From positions 93,930,001 through 93,994,000 of the forward strand of contig OZ024740.1 of NCBI GenBank assembly GCA_964016885.1: a DNA stretch of 64,000 bases. Direction: 5' to 3'. The position numbers and the translations under genes were made by a program. This document shows, one piece after another, positions 13,737 to 26,609 of the stretch (position 1 is the stretch's first letter; each line of letters starts with the position of its first letter). The notes beneath the pieces are model-generated. The model saw only the letters and a program-made list of their open reading frames with translations. It had not been told where the DNA came from and ran no database searches. The DNA is from Eledone cirrhosa. Lineage: Eukaryota.

Positions 13737-15377
13737 GTTGCTGTTGTTGTTGTTTTTCTCTTTTTATATCGTTGGTATAATTTTGTACATGTTTAGATAA
13801 ATCAACCCCATCTTTTCATATGAATAGAATTTAATAGTTTTTCTCCCTAGGTTTTCAATGAACATAATAATGCAATGATTGTTCTTCAGAACATTACAAA
13901 TACATATTCATTCAAAACGCGAAATTGTTTTATATTTTATTCATTTATTTTCCAAAATACTAGTGTCGTATCAATACTGATTATTTTTAAACGCCTTCTG
14001 TCCAACTTGGAGATTTTATATCAAAGAAATTCATATATATTCTCGGTAATTGTTTAACATTTATAGAAACGGCGCCCGAAATGTCAAATATAATTAATCT
14101 AAAATTAATTCCTAAGCTTTGATTTGCCATTTTACTTTTCTGATAATATATATTCTTTTTGGTTCAATCATTATATATACTGTTTTGTTGATCTCATTTT
14201 GCATATTATTTTAACGTTATTTTTTTATACAACCAGATTATCTTGTAATTACTTTCGTTTGCAAATACAGTCTCACAAGAACAACTTCCAGACACATTTT
14301 AAAATAACTTGATTTAATAACACGTACAGCCCATTTGAATTTTGTGAATTGGATTACAAGCAATATTTTCTTTAATAAAAATGCATAATAATATTACTTT
14401 AAAAAAAAAATCACTTAAATTTTATAGTTTGACATTACCAAGCAATAGAGCATTTTTTCTGGCAAATAGAAAGTAATGAAAAATATATGAATTAAAAAGC
14501 AAATTAACTTTCATTTAAAATGAGATTAGTGAAAAATAATCGAATTAGTGCTAAAGCTTTTAGTTGAATTCTCATTCGATCTTTTATAAGCGAGTTTTGC
14601 TTGGATCAGAGTTTTGCTTACACAATTAAATTTGATGTTTCCAATGAAGTTGGAAATACAATTACAGACCGTGAATTCCTACTATTTTAATTGTACCAAA
14701 TAACAGTAAATTCACAAAAAATCGTAGGGTTCAAAATATAAATAAGTACGATTGACATGCGCACGCGCTAATACTTTCATACACACGTAGATTTGTACAC
14801 TGCTGTATTATTGCAAACATACTGACTATCCCCCTCCCTCTCTCCCTCTCACAGACACACACACACACACGCACACCCACACACACACGCACACATATAT
14901 ATATAAATATATATCTGAAATCTGTTTCTCGAATCTTACCCCCATTCAGCTTTTAAGGTACAACGATCTGACGAATTCATTTTAATTTCTTTTATTTTCT
15001 ACTCGCGTATTTTGGATGGGCTTCATTATTTGCATAAGGTGATGAGCTATTTCCAGATATGTTATCATTATTATTACTTTCCAGAAGGGAAATATGGATA
15101 GCTCTCCTTCCAGCTTGGTGTCATTTGGCGATATTGCTACAGTGACGCGACAGTTATTCAAATGTTCTCCTCGTGCACAAATTATGTTTTGTGGCACTAG
15201 GTCAATAGCAACTGCGACCCAATATAATCTCTGACTTGAAGTACATTCGATTTAACTACATTATTTTAACAAGGTTATTTCAAGGATATTTTGTTTGGGA
15301 TTCGAAACCTCTGTACTTCTCTATTTTTAACCATGTGAGATATCTAAAAATATTACGTTCTTATATCTATCTATGTA

Positions 15378-15409
<32 letters not shown>

Positions 15410-16011
15410 AATATATATATATTGTGTGTGTGTGTGTGTGTTTGTAAGTGTGTTTGAAGGCGGCGAGCGTTGAAAGAGTAATATAAGCTTCAACATATTA
15501 CTTTTTACTATAGCAGAGTCAAACAATGGGGCGTATAAACACATTGAACGGAAAACGATTGATATCAACAGATATGGAAGAGGGAACCACACCTCACTTT
15601 TACCTGACGAGGGTCTAGCATTAGACTTATGAACCTATTCAATGGTTGCAGTATTTTTGGAAGCTATAAGTTAATACCGATATTTAAATAAACATCGTAT
15701 GTTGAAGCTACATTTTATTTCTATTTTTAAGTTGAACCAACTCATATTGCTTTATGTGCAAATGCGGCTAATCAGACCACCTATACAGGCGAAAATATAA
15801 TATATTCTAGCCTGTTTTCAGGTTACACCAGAAAGTACCTTCGAAGCACTGCCCCGAAGAGAGCCATTAGCTTGAAATACGAATAGACAGTTATCTCTCG
15901 CAGCTTCTGGAATACGCTAGACGGCGCTGGCCGTCCGCCTTTCAATATTCATAGCTGGGCTTTCAAAATGTATATGAATTAAACGTACCATATATATATA
16001 TAAAGTAAATT

Positions 16012-16350
16012 AATAAAAACAAAGAACAAGTTCCTTATATTAAAAAAATCATCATTTTACGATCGTTTCTGTGATGTATGTGTGTGTTGGTATGTATATC
16101 ATATAGATCTATGTAAAAATATTACAAATTATCAGAGGAAATATACATACCTTCACATATACATGACGTCCTCAGAAATGATTATCATTTCTGAGGACGG
16201 GATGTATATGTGAAGTTATGTATATTTCCTCTGATAACTTGTAATATTTTTACATATATATGATATACATACAACACACATATACATCACAGAAACGATC
16301 GTAAAATGATGATTTTTTTTAATATAAGGAACTTGTTCTTTGTTTTTATT
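16012..16350. repeat. Long fold-back palindrome (~170-bp arms, centre 16183) of two inverted hammerhead-bearing PLE-like terminal repeats
   Basis: AATAAAAACAAAGAACAAG...GTCCTCAGAAATGAT-T-ATCATTTCTGAGGAC...CTTGTTCTTTGTTTTTATT; arms pair with a few mismatches and indels. Confidence 0.9.
16184..16310 (+). ncRNA. Type I hammerhead ribozyme motif (inverted twin at 16051-16182 on -)
   Basis: Stem I ATCATTT/AAATGAT, core CTGAGGA 16191-97, stem II GATGTATATGTG/CACATATACATC, GAAA 16292-95, palindromic stem III CGATCG, GUA site at 16303. Base of stem II is a C-A mismatch. Confidence 0.7.
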
Positions 16351-16500
16351 TCATTGTTCTTATTAATTTATCTTGACTCTGCTCTCCTATGATTTTTATC
16401 GAACATTTTTGAATGCATCTTCTCTTTTCATGATATTTGGATTACATTGAGTTCTTCATACGGATTGGACACTACGTATATTTTGGTAGATTTAGCTACA

Positions 16501-16503
<3 letters not shown>

Positions 16504-16597
<94 letters not shown>

Positions 16598-16662
16598 TAT
16601 GTGTGTGTGTGTGTATGTGTGTGTGTGTGTGTGTATGTGTGTGTGTGCGTGTGTGTGTATAT
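16504..16662. repeat. (TA)n/(TG)n compound microsatellite
   Basis: Direct inspection. Confidence 0.95.
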
Positions 16663-19600
16663 ATAAATGTTACTGTAAATGATGCAATCTCTAAAGCTCT
16701 AAAGGTTCTTTTGCAGTAAATGCACATCGTTTTGCTCATGTTTTCTTTAAACATTTATTTACAGTTCAGCAATATTTGTTTCAATTATTTCAAGCCGTTT
16801 ATGTTTCGTATCTATAGTGCGCATTGGGATTAAACTGTCCCCTCCTTCCATTACAACGAATTCTTTATGTGCATAACATTTCAAACGAAGTTTCCATAAA
16901 CTTTCTAAAAGTGTAGATATTTGCCTGCTTTATTTAGATTTATAATTGATTTAACCAATTGAAATCACCTCGCCATACATCAGTACACAATATATATTTT
17001 TTTCTTCTTCTGTCTTTTAAAATATTCTAGTATACAATTTCATAGCATCGGCATAGCTTGTTCGGAATATGCAAAGCAATAAGAAGGAATAAATGATTTA
17101 GGAGAAAATCTTGGCTGCAATTGCCAAATGGAAAATTTGAATTCATATATATATATATTTAAATTTTGTTTAAAATATATGAAAATCAGAATGAAATAAT
17201 AAACTAGTAAATAATTCTGCGTGTTAGAGTTAATTTATTTTACAGTTTTGTCGGTTGCTCACCATATTTCGAAATATCTGGAAGATATATTATCAAAATT
17301 AATAAAATGTAAGGCCTGTATTTTATATTTGCATTAAGTAAGAATATTTCTTCTTCTTCTTCTTCTTTCATGGAAAAATCTAGGATGATTGTGGAGATTG
17401 CGTCATGATACCTGCTACCAGTGGATCCTTTCAGAATCATCCTTCACAAATTGATCCAGCGGGATATCCAACTGAAATCAACCGATGTTTTAAATGACAT
17501 CCAATTAATGTGTTAATATTCACCCTCTTGGTCTCCCACACTTTGGTTTTGCTCGGAAAATATTCCTACCAGCGATGTTAAAGGCCATACCTGTTAGGGA
17601 ACGTGATAATCACGCATTGTTATTGATTATTTTCACAATCTACTCGTTAAACAATTGAGATGTATCTTTCGAAACGTTGTTGCCCCTATGGAGAACATCA
17701 AATAAAAAAAGAAAACATACGTTGAAAATGAAATGAGATTAAGAGTGGAAAGAATATCCCTATATGGGAGATTAAAGACATGCAGTCGATACATATGTAA
17801 TTGATCTAATATTGTAAGTGATATAATAAGAGCACATATGCAAGTGTCAACTTGCATCTGATAATTGAAAGTTTTAACACATGGTCACAGATAATATGAA
17901 TAAAATTGGAGATGAAATACTGGGAAGGGCTCAAAGAGGAATTAAAGTACACACAGGCAGCTAAACTTGGTAGAGTGGAAAACGTGTAGAGAGAAAGTGA
18001 GAAAGATGAATAGAGAAATCAATTTGAAGGGAGGATAACCTAGAATATATATATATATATTTAATAAAATTAATCAAAATATATGCGGATTTAATACAAT
18101 CTATTTGTTGCTTCCAAGATTATTCGACGTAATATATCAAATAAAAACATTAATTGAAGTATATTATTCGTAATTTTCAAGTATTTTTAAATACCAACAT
18201 TTTCTGTTAATTTACATTATGATAAAATTTGCAAATCTGCTGCGCTTCTGATTTAGCAAGTATTCTGTACACATGAGGCATTATATAGGTTCCGAATATG
18301 ACTTCCGTTCAAACTAATGAATGAATTAATTAATATTGCGAAATGTCATACGAATATTGTGTTTCAGGAATATTAATGTGTGAATTAGATTCGTCGTCAC
18401 GTCCAGAATAACAACAATGTTTTATATTTTCAGATTAAATTACATCTAACGCATTCAATATTTTATTTTATGGATGCATAATTATTATTTAAATATATAG
18501 AGTATGTTGCTTCTTTTTCTACTATATAACATCTATGCCTGTGGTAAAATGAATTTGAAAATCAAAGACCAGAAAAGTGAAAATGTAACTATCTAATAAA
18601 CTTAAATGTGTAAATACAACTCAAGTTGGTGCAAAGCAAAGTTCATTAGGTAAAATAAATTCAAATGTAAAATGAATTTCTATGAGGTGAAGAAATTGCA
18701 ATGTGCAATATTGCAACGGGAACACTTTACAGACCTTTAACTGCCCTAAGATTTATGAATTTCGTATATATCTGAGTATATGTAGCTCCGTGACTGCATG
18801 TATGTTCGTAAACTTGGCTGCGTCTGTTGTCCTGAATGTTCATAATTTCTTACTTTACACAATCGATAAGAATATTTCAAATACTTATCGTTGCTCTGCA
18901 ATTAGATTTTACATTTTCACAGAAACCTATTTCATATGCCCTCACTTTAACTTGTATATGGGCCTTTCCGCTGAACACTTATCACAAAACATAATATTAT
19001 CTCCGAGTGTAATATATTTATATTTCTGTATACATAATTACCTTTGAAATGAAGAATCAATGAAATGGAGTACTTGTGTAGCTCCACTGAATATAATACG
19101 ATTTCCCCTTCTACTGTAAATATTATATTCGTACTATTTCAACTTTTTTATAAGTTAAGTGAATTCAGAAAATTATATTATATTTTGCTGAGATATCTTA
19201 TTTAATAATCAATTCCGTAAAAAGCGGGGACATATTTTCGGCAATGGAAAGGAGAGTTGGAGAAATATAGTTATCTTCCTATTACATATTAATGTATGTT
19301 ACCGTCAGAAAACAGCGCAATGGAATAAGATACTTTCTCGGTTGAAGATGTTCATTCCTGTGAAGTCTTAAATAGTGTGTTTATGTCAAAAATACTTTAA
19401 AACAGCCAGTAGTAAACAATTACACGAGAGAGTTACGTTACAAGAAATGTCTAAATGAAGAACCGGTTCACTTTTATCTGTATATACAACGAGGAAGGCA
19501 TGATCATTTTAGTAGAATTCAAAAAGTGTATGTGGTGACCGTAATTAAAAATTGCGGAATAGTTTAACTTCGCACGGCCTGTGCACGTGAATGCCTGGGA

Positions 19601-19759
19601 GATATAAACAACATGATTGAAATTATCAGGATTTCTGATGTCAGCTTTTTACCTAAAAGTGTAAGTATATTGTAGATTAAATTATGGTTTCTAATCATTG
19701 TTCGTATTGTGCTGTCTTCAGAATTCGATTCATTTTTTGTTTGTTTGGTTAAAGATTAC

Positions 19760-20560
19760 ACACAACAAGAAAAAAACCACCAGCCCTAATTAACAATGGA
19801 TTGCAAGGTGAACTAAAAACTCAGTATCCAGGAACTTAGACACCCCAAACTAACGAATTTATCGAAACTAAAGCCCTACCATATATATTCTTACACAACC
19901 CCCTAAACAATGAGGCCTTTGAAACAATCCTCCGGAATGATCCTTTACTAAAATGGGATAATAACATGAAATAAATCCTTCAAACGCGGAGCATGATAAA
20001 GAACAATTAACACCCAAGTCAATGAAAAATATACTAACACAGGCCAAACTTCACCCGGCCACAACTAAGAAACAAACAGTAAAAAAATGCAGAAGATCCA
20101 ACTGTCAACCTAATGAAGCTATATTTCAAACTTGGTCAAATATTTACGGAGAAAAACAATTTCGCATGTACATCAGGCTGATACCGTATGAGGAGCGTCA
20201 ATGGATCCCAAATTAAAATACAGGAATACCGAAAATAGCACTGAGTTAACACATTTACATCTGCGCCTCAAATGAACTACACAACTTCAGTATTTTCCCC
20301 TCTATAAATTTAAGGTCAATGCAAACCACAATCAACGTATTAGCAATGAATCATCATTTATCACAAAATACGAACCGCGTTTAAATGAGTCAACCACAGA
20401 CGGCACTGCAACAGACACCAAACATTAACTCTAATAGACAAATTAAGAACGACAGTATTCCCTTCGAAAATATTAAGAAATATGGATACATTTAAAACAA
20501 TTATTACTTCATTAAATATTAGGCAAGTCTACCTTTAATGACGGTCCCACGGACAGATTC
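19760..20560 (+). mobile_element. Penelope-like element 3' fragment (linker and GIY-YIG C-terminus), decayed
   Basis: Translations LPYIFLHNP, PKSMKNILTQAKL..KKCRRSNC and QRISNESSFITKYEPRLN resemble PLE linker and endonuclease ends. Boundaries approximate. Confidence 0.7.
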
Positions 20561-20688
20561 TACTGCTACAGTCCACAATATTCCTACACCACCTCCCGTC
20601 GTCAGCTTCTACCTCTTCACCTACACCTTCGTCTCCTTCTTCCTTTAAATACTCCTATCATTACTACTACACATTCTTCTTCTTCTTC

Positions 20689-20723
<35 letters not shown>

Positions 20724-20936
20724 GAATGCCATGGTTGACGGAGGCTCGGCTCTGTAAGGTATAGTAATTTTTAACCGTTAAAACAATTGTAAATTGTTTA
20801 AAACTTGAACCAAATTGTTGATAAAGACACCCTCCTCCTCGTGAGAGGGGTCTTTCTGTCCGTTATTTGGCCCTTCGGGGTTAAATAACCAGTTATTGGG
20901 GTTTTGTACCCAAAATTTCATTTTAAACAAAAAAAC

Positions 20937-23033
20937 ATGGCTACGAAAAAGAAATTTCATACGTCACTCCCACTCATTCCGTCTTCTTCTTCCTCAATCA
21001 TCACTACAGCAGAGAGAAGATTGTCTCTCTCCCTCCCTTCTTTAAATGTGTCTCTCTCCCTCCCTTCTCTTTCGCAAGCGACGAAAGAAAAGAAAAGTCT
21101 CGTGCAAAGCGTGCAAGGTTTCTCCACGACGACGACGACAGCGACGAAACAGGTGTGCGGGAAATACGAAAACCCAGTTCATTCGTCTGACGTCAGGAAT
21201 AATAGCAGTAGCAGCCGTAATAACAACAGCAACAGTGACAATGAAAACAACAGTAGCAGCCGCAACAGCATCACCAGCAGCATAAACAACAACAGCATTA
21301 GCAGCAGCAACACCAACAACAACCACAGCAACAGCGGCGGAGGCAGTAGTCGTAGTACCTGCAGCAACAACAAAAGTACCAGCAGCTCTGACGACAACAA
21401 CAACAGCAGAGAAAAACCAATCTCATTTGCAGGTAGTGCGAAAAACTTGGAAACAATCCTCATAACAAATGAGGAATTAGAGGAAGCGAAGAAGATGGTG
21501 ACAAAGAACGGACACCGAGCAATCTGCAAGGCAGCGGAAACATTTTTCGAAACCCAAGAGCACTGTACGGTCACGTACCGTACAGTAAGTACAAAATCCC
21601 GTAGGGTGGAAAGAGCCACAGAGGCCCAAATACAAAAAGCCTTGGGGTCTGTGTGACAGCGGAAAACGCACATCACCCGAGGCAAACAATATGCCACCGT
21701 AGACGTACTTTTTGCCACACCCCAGGAGGCAAAGGCCCAATCAGTAGTGACCCTAAGGAGCGAGGAAATGGTGTTGGTGCCCTCCTACTGTGGGCAAAAA
21801 ATTGTGAGGGTCAAACTGACCCACGTCCCCCCCGGAATGACCCCTTCTTGGCTGGCCGCGTCTGTCCTCGTCGGAATCGAGGACAAAACAACTGTACTGC
21901 AAGTACAGAAAAAAGTAAGAGAAGATTGGGTCGGCTCCTCCATTGAGATGCTAATCCAAACCAACCAGGAGTGCATCGAAGCTATCCCGGATGTGATAGA
22001 CTTCGATAACGGCACTCAACTGCCCATAAGTGTTGAGGGCAAACGCCCGAAATGCTTTCGCTGTGGATCGAAGACTCACCTCAGGGCCTTCTGCAACGAG
22101 AAGACCCTGAGAAAGGAGAAAACCCCCCTCCTTCCGAATCCGGCTCCACGGCTACCAGCAACAGGACAAGCGGCAACCAGGAACGATAGGCCCGTGGCAC
22201 CCATACCCACTCCACGGAAATCAAAAACAGCAGCAGCAGTGGAAATACTAACAACAACAACAGCAATACCAAATGCAGCTGCAACAGAGACTCCAGTGCA
22301 AACATCACCAACAACAACAAGTGAAAGAGTGGAGCTGGTAGCCCTCCCCGACCTCACAGAATCAGACATGGAGTGTGAGGTGGGAGAGAGATGGCAAAAG
22401 GTCGTAAGAAGGCACAAACGCAGAAGCAGCGCATCGTCGCCTTTGAAAAGGGAGGAAAGAAATGAGAAAAGGGTAAAGTCTACTGCAAAGAGACCCACAG
22501 CAGCAACAACACCAACACCATCACCACCCACACTAGCGCCACCATCACCACCGGCGACAACCCCACCGCCAACAACACCTTCAACACCACCACCACAAGC
22601 ACCAACATCGCAAACACAACAACAAAACACACACACCCAGCAACAACGACAAGAAAATAGCAGAACCACACCCCACCCCCAGAAAAACAAATGCACGGCA
22701 ATAAATACACACAACAAGAAACTAATGACTTACATAATTGAACACACAGACATTTCACAACAGGACTACATAATACCAGCACCAATCAAAACGCCAACTA
22801 ACATAAGACTGCTAAAAATAGCACAGAAACAATACACAAATATTAAAACGAAATTCCCCAACGCAGTTGGTGATTTCAGGGACCTAGGAGGAACCATCCA
22901 TCGAAGAGTATACACAGACATTCTCTTAGAAGAGCCGACGACCAGCCGAAGGGACATTTCAACGGTCCCTTCACCAGACGATCAAGTGAAAAGAGATGTA
23001 AAAACCATCCCTCCTCTACCAAAAGTACGGTAA
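20937..23033 (+). pseudogene. Tx1 ORF1 gag-like protein with CCHC knuckle (one in-frame TGA at 21654-56)
   Basis: MATKKKF start, poly-N/S tract, CFRCGSKTHLRAFC, P/T-rich tail. ORFs 20904-21656 and 21747-23033 are in the same frame. Confidence 0.85.
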
Positions 23034-23068
23034 GTGGTCTTTCCCATCTTTTCCACTCTATTTTAAAC

Positions 23069-26000
23069 ATGACCTCACTCAGAATAGGCAGCATAAATGC
23101 GCGTGGCTTGGGGTCGTCATGGAAGCAGGGTCCCCTGCTCAACGACCTCAGGTCACTAAACATAGATGTAGTGGCCATCAGCGAGACCAGAATCTCCGAA
23201 GCACGGGCCTTCGCAGCGATCTTCGGCGGCTACGATGTGTACGCATCTCCCAGCCGTCCTGGATCCGGTGGAGGAGTTGCTGTACTTTTTCGGAGAGGTT
23301 TGGATCTCGCCATACGGGCCATCTTCCTGGACCTAGTGGGCGACTGGAACGGGATCTTAGATGCACGCTGGGACTGTGTGGGATTAGCGGATAGGGGTGG
23401 AGGGTGCAAGAGCCTCACCAACCTGCTCAGGTGTTTTGAACTGTCTGACAGGTACCGATTGGATTTCCCGAATGTGCCAATGTGGACTTGGACAAACCGC
23501 ATAGGGTCATCCAGATCATATCTAGATAGAGTATTTTGTAGGGAAATAGATAGGTCTAGCATAGGCTGTCCACAATTCAAGATAGTCAGCTACACGGACC
23601 ACAAATTCGTGATCTGTGTGCTTGACTTAGATAGGCTTCATAGACGAGGACCCGGCTACTGGAAGCTAAACGCGTCCTTACCAGCGCGCAAGGCCTACAG
23701 AGACCGGATTAGCGAACTAGTTAAGCGGGCGTTGACGGGGGCCATCGTCAACAACAAGTGGTGGATTGCTCTGAAAAGAGCGATTAGAATAGAATCGATT
23801 AGGTTTAGTAAGGCTTTAGCAATAGAGAAAAATAGAGCAGAGGGAGAACTAGTTAGAAAATTAGACGAGGCGCTTAGCAAAGGCATTGCGACAGACGTGC
23901 TTGCGGCGAAATTGGCCCTTGACCAATTCTTCAATGCAAAGCACGAAGGCTGCGTTGTCAGAGCAAGGGTGCGTGCTCTCAGACACGAGGGGACGAAAGC
24001 CGTTCAATGGGCCCGAGTGGCGGAGGCGCGTCGTGGCAACAAAGCCACGATCCAGTCTTTGGTGGACCACGACGGGCGCATGCTACTCGATCCCGGGCAA
24101 ATGTGTGAAGCTTTTCAGCGACACTTCGCTCAGCTGTTCGGGGACAGCGGTGGGCCGGGTAGAGGGATGGACTTTAGTGTCTACCTCGACGGACTGCCGC
24201 GGCTCTCGGCCACTGAGGCGAAGTGTTGCGAAAAGCCGATAACAGCCGCTGAAGTAAGGGAGGCAATGACTGGCTGCACAAGGGGTAAATCGCCTGGTTT
24301 GGATGGTCTGCCCTACGAACTTTACGTACAGATGCCAGACTTGTTCGGAGGCCTCTTGGCGGACGTCTAATGCAACTGGCAACAGAACGGGAGATTTCCC
24401 AGTTCTGTGAGCCGAGGAGCGGTGGCACTGCTGAGAAAGGATCCGAACAAGGGGGATAACATAGAAAATTTCCGGCCCATAACTCTGCTAAACACAGAGT
24501 TTAAGATTTTGGCCAAGGTGCTAGCAAAGAGGTTGGCGCATGTCGTTGGTGGTCTGGTGGGAGAGGCGCAGACATGCGCCATTCCCGACAGATCCATCCA
24601 CGACAACCTCCACCTCATGCGATACATCGTAGAGAGGGTAGCTAGGGAACCTGGCACGGCTGGGTCCTTGATCAATTTAGATCAGTCGAAAGCTTTCGAT
24701 GGGGTCGACCATCGTTACCTAGCGGCAGTCCTGAGGGCGGCTGGGTTTGGGCCCGTCTTCAGAGGCTGGATCGCTGCCATTCACAGCGACATCTGCTCTG
24801 TGTTGAGAGTGAACGGTCACCTGTCGGAACCGTTCAACATCATGCGCTCGGTCCGCCAAGGATGTCCCCTCTCGTCCCTCTTGTACGTATTGACTCTCGA
24901 GCCATTACTGCACAAACTGGAGACGTTGAGGGGGGTCCCGCGCGAACTAGGATGCGGAAGATCCGTATCAGCATATGCGGACGATATCGCCGTAGTGGTG
25001 TCGAACGCCAAACACATCGAGGCGATCGGCACTACACTAAGAGAACACGAAGCGGTAAAAGGAGCAATGATCAACAAGGAAAAGTCAGTGGGCCTGCAGC
25101 TCGGCACCTGGAGAGGCAGGTCCATGCCGTCCAACAGCGTCGTCGGACGCTGGACGGACGGACCGGTTAAATTGCTAGGGGTCTGGTTCGGTCCGGACCT
25201 CCAGACGGACAAAAACTGGGACGAGGTGACGAGCAAGGTGGCTTCTCTCACCCAGAAATGGGCCGAGAGGAAGCTATCCCTGAAAGGTCGAGCGGAGGTG
25301 GCTAACGCGTACATCGCGTCCGTCATCTGCTACCGCCTGACCGTCGTACCTTGTCCTAAGCCTCGCCTGAATGTGCTGGAGCGTTTGCTCTTTCGCTTTT
25401 TGTGGAAGGGACGCGCTCCGATGGTCAGGCGGTCCATCTGTTGTCAACACCCGCTACGTGGAGCGCTGGGCATGCCGTGGCTGATGATGCGCAGACACGC
25501 GCTCAGGCTACGACATCTCCACCTCTTCCTCGACGGTGATCAGGTGTGGTCGCCGTTTGCTAGACGCGTGTTTCCCCAGCTCGTTTCCTTGACGGAGCTG
25601 CAGTCCTGGGTCAAGCGAAGACCGAGAGGGAGCGCCTGGAGACTGGAATGTCTTCAGGCGCTCACAGCCCTCGACCAATCGGGCAATGTGATCGGTGGAA
25701 ACTCCACCTCGGCGTTCTATAGAGGATTAGTGGAGGGGAAGAGCGACGACGTACTTGGGGAAACTCTAGGCGTCGACGAAAATCAACTAGCCAATCTCTT
25801 CGGAAGAACTTTCGGGCCAGGGCCTATGGACAACTTCCAGAAATCTCTGGCCGGGCAGTGCTACCGAGGAGTCTTGCCAGTTCGGGATAAACTCTACAGG
25901 CATGGAGGTGCCGTCAGCCGGGCATGTCCGAGATGCGCGCAGGGCGACGAAACCGTCCTGCACGCACTCGTCCAGTGTCCGAAAATTGCTGACTAGTGGG

Positions 26001-26341
26001 TTTATGTCGAACACCTGCTATCGCGTTTAGGACGGATCCGGCTATCATCTGAGTCCATCGTGAGGATTGCCCCGCCCTCTTCCTTTAGCCGGGAAGGGCA
26101 GGCAGTTTTTATCTGCCTGGTGGCCATGGCGAAAGAGATAGTATGGTGGACACGTTTGAAAGGGCTGAAGACGAGCACTTACCTCTTCGGTGTTGCTCTG
26201 ATTGACTTTTTCAAATTTCATTTGAAAAGGAAAATCAGAGTAGAGAGGGAAGTGCTCTCTTCCCAGCATTTTGTTGAAAGATGGGTGAGAGAAGCAAGAA
26301 TGGCCCGAGTGAATGGGCCTACTCTGAGCATATATCTGTAA
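23069..26341 (+). pseudogene. Tx1 ORF2 (APE-RT-zf-RVT), two in-frame stops (24368, 25994) and an in-frame APE deletion near 23334
   Basis: SINARGL, ISETR, GDWN, YTDH; LDQSKAFD, RQGCPLS, YADD; CPRCAQGDETVLHALVQC. Confidence 0.93.
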
Positions 26342-26609
26342 ATTAAAGGTGGAAAACTGGGAGAGGGCACTTGCCTTGGTGGTCAAGGTCATTGTGGCTT
26401 TTTACTGGGCTTTCTCCACAAATGTCCCTCCGAAGTCTCCCCCCTATTGGGGAATTTTTCATTGTTATTTTTGTTACATCCTCTGTTTTTGTTTTTTACA
26501 CGCAGAAATGCCCATTTGTAGCGTCCTGCATTGTCCTGCACTGTCCTTAATGTCTACTTTATGTAAACCCTTATTGTTAATAAAGAAATCATTATTATTA
26601 TTATTATTT

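Larger units (their letters stand above)
20724..26590 (+). mobile_element. Tx1 copy 3 (full length, near-intact; 5' type III)
   Basis: (ATT)n on both sides. ORF1 20937-23033, ORF2 23069-26341, 3' UTR ending AATAAAGAAATC. Confidence 0.95.

Noticed and set aside
15600-15640. CTGACGA plus GGGTCTA/TAGACTT stem as a hammerhead
   Set aside because: No GAAA, stem III or stem I partner; a relic at best.
17345-17600. Possible LINE 3' end on - with (GAA)n tail
   Set aside because: Only a GRPR-like remnant; too decayed to support.
20530-20575. Hammerhead at the end of the PLE fragment
   Set aside because: Core (TTAATGA) and GAAA are too degenerate to call.
23325-23345. APE deletion in Tx1 copy 3 as a spliced-out intron (missing segment contains GGTAAGT and ends near TTAG)
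   Set aside because: Breakpoints (GGACC/TAGTGGG) do not coincide with the GT..AG boundaries seen in copy 4.
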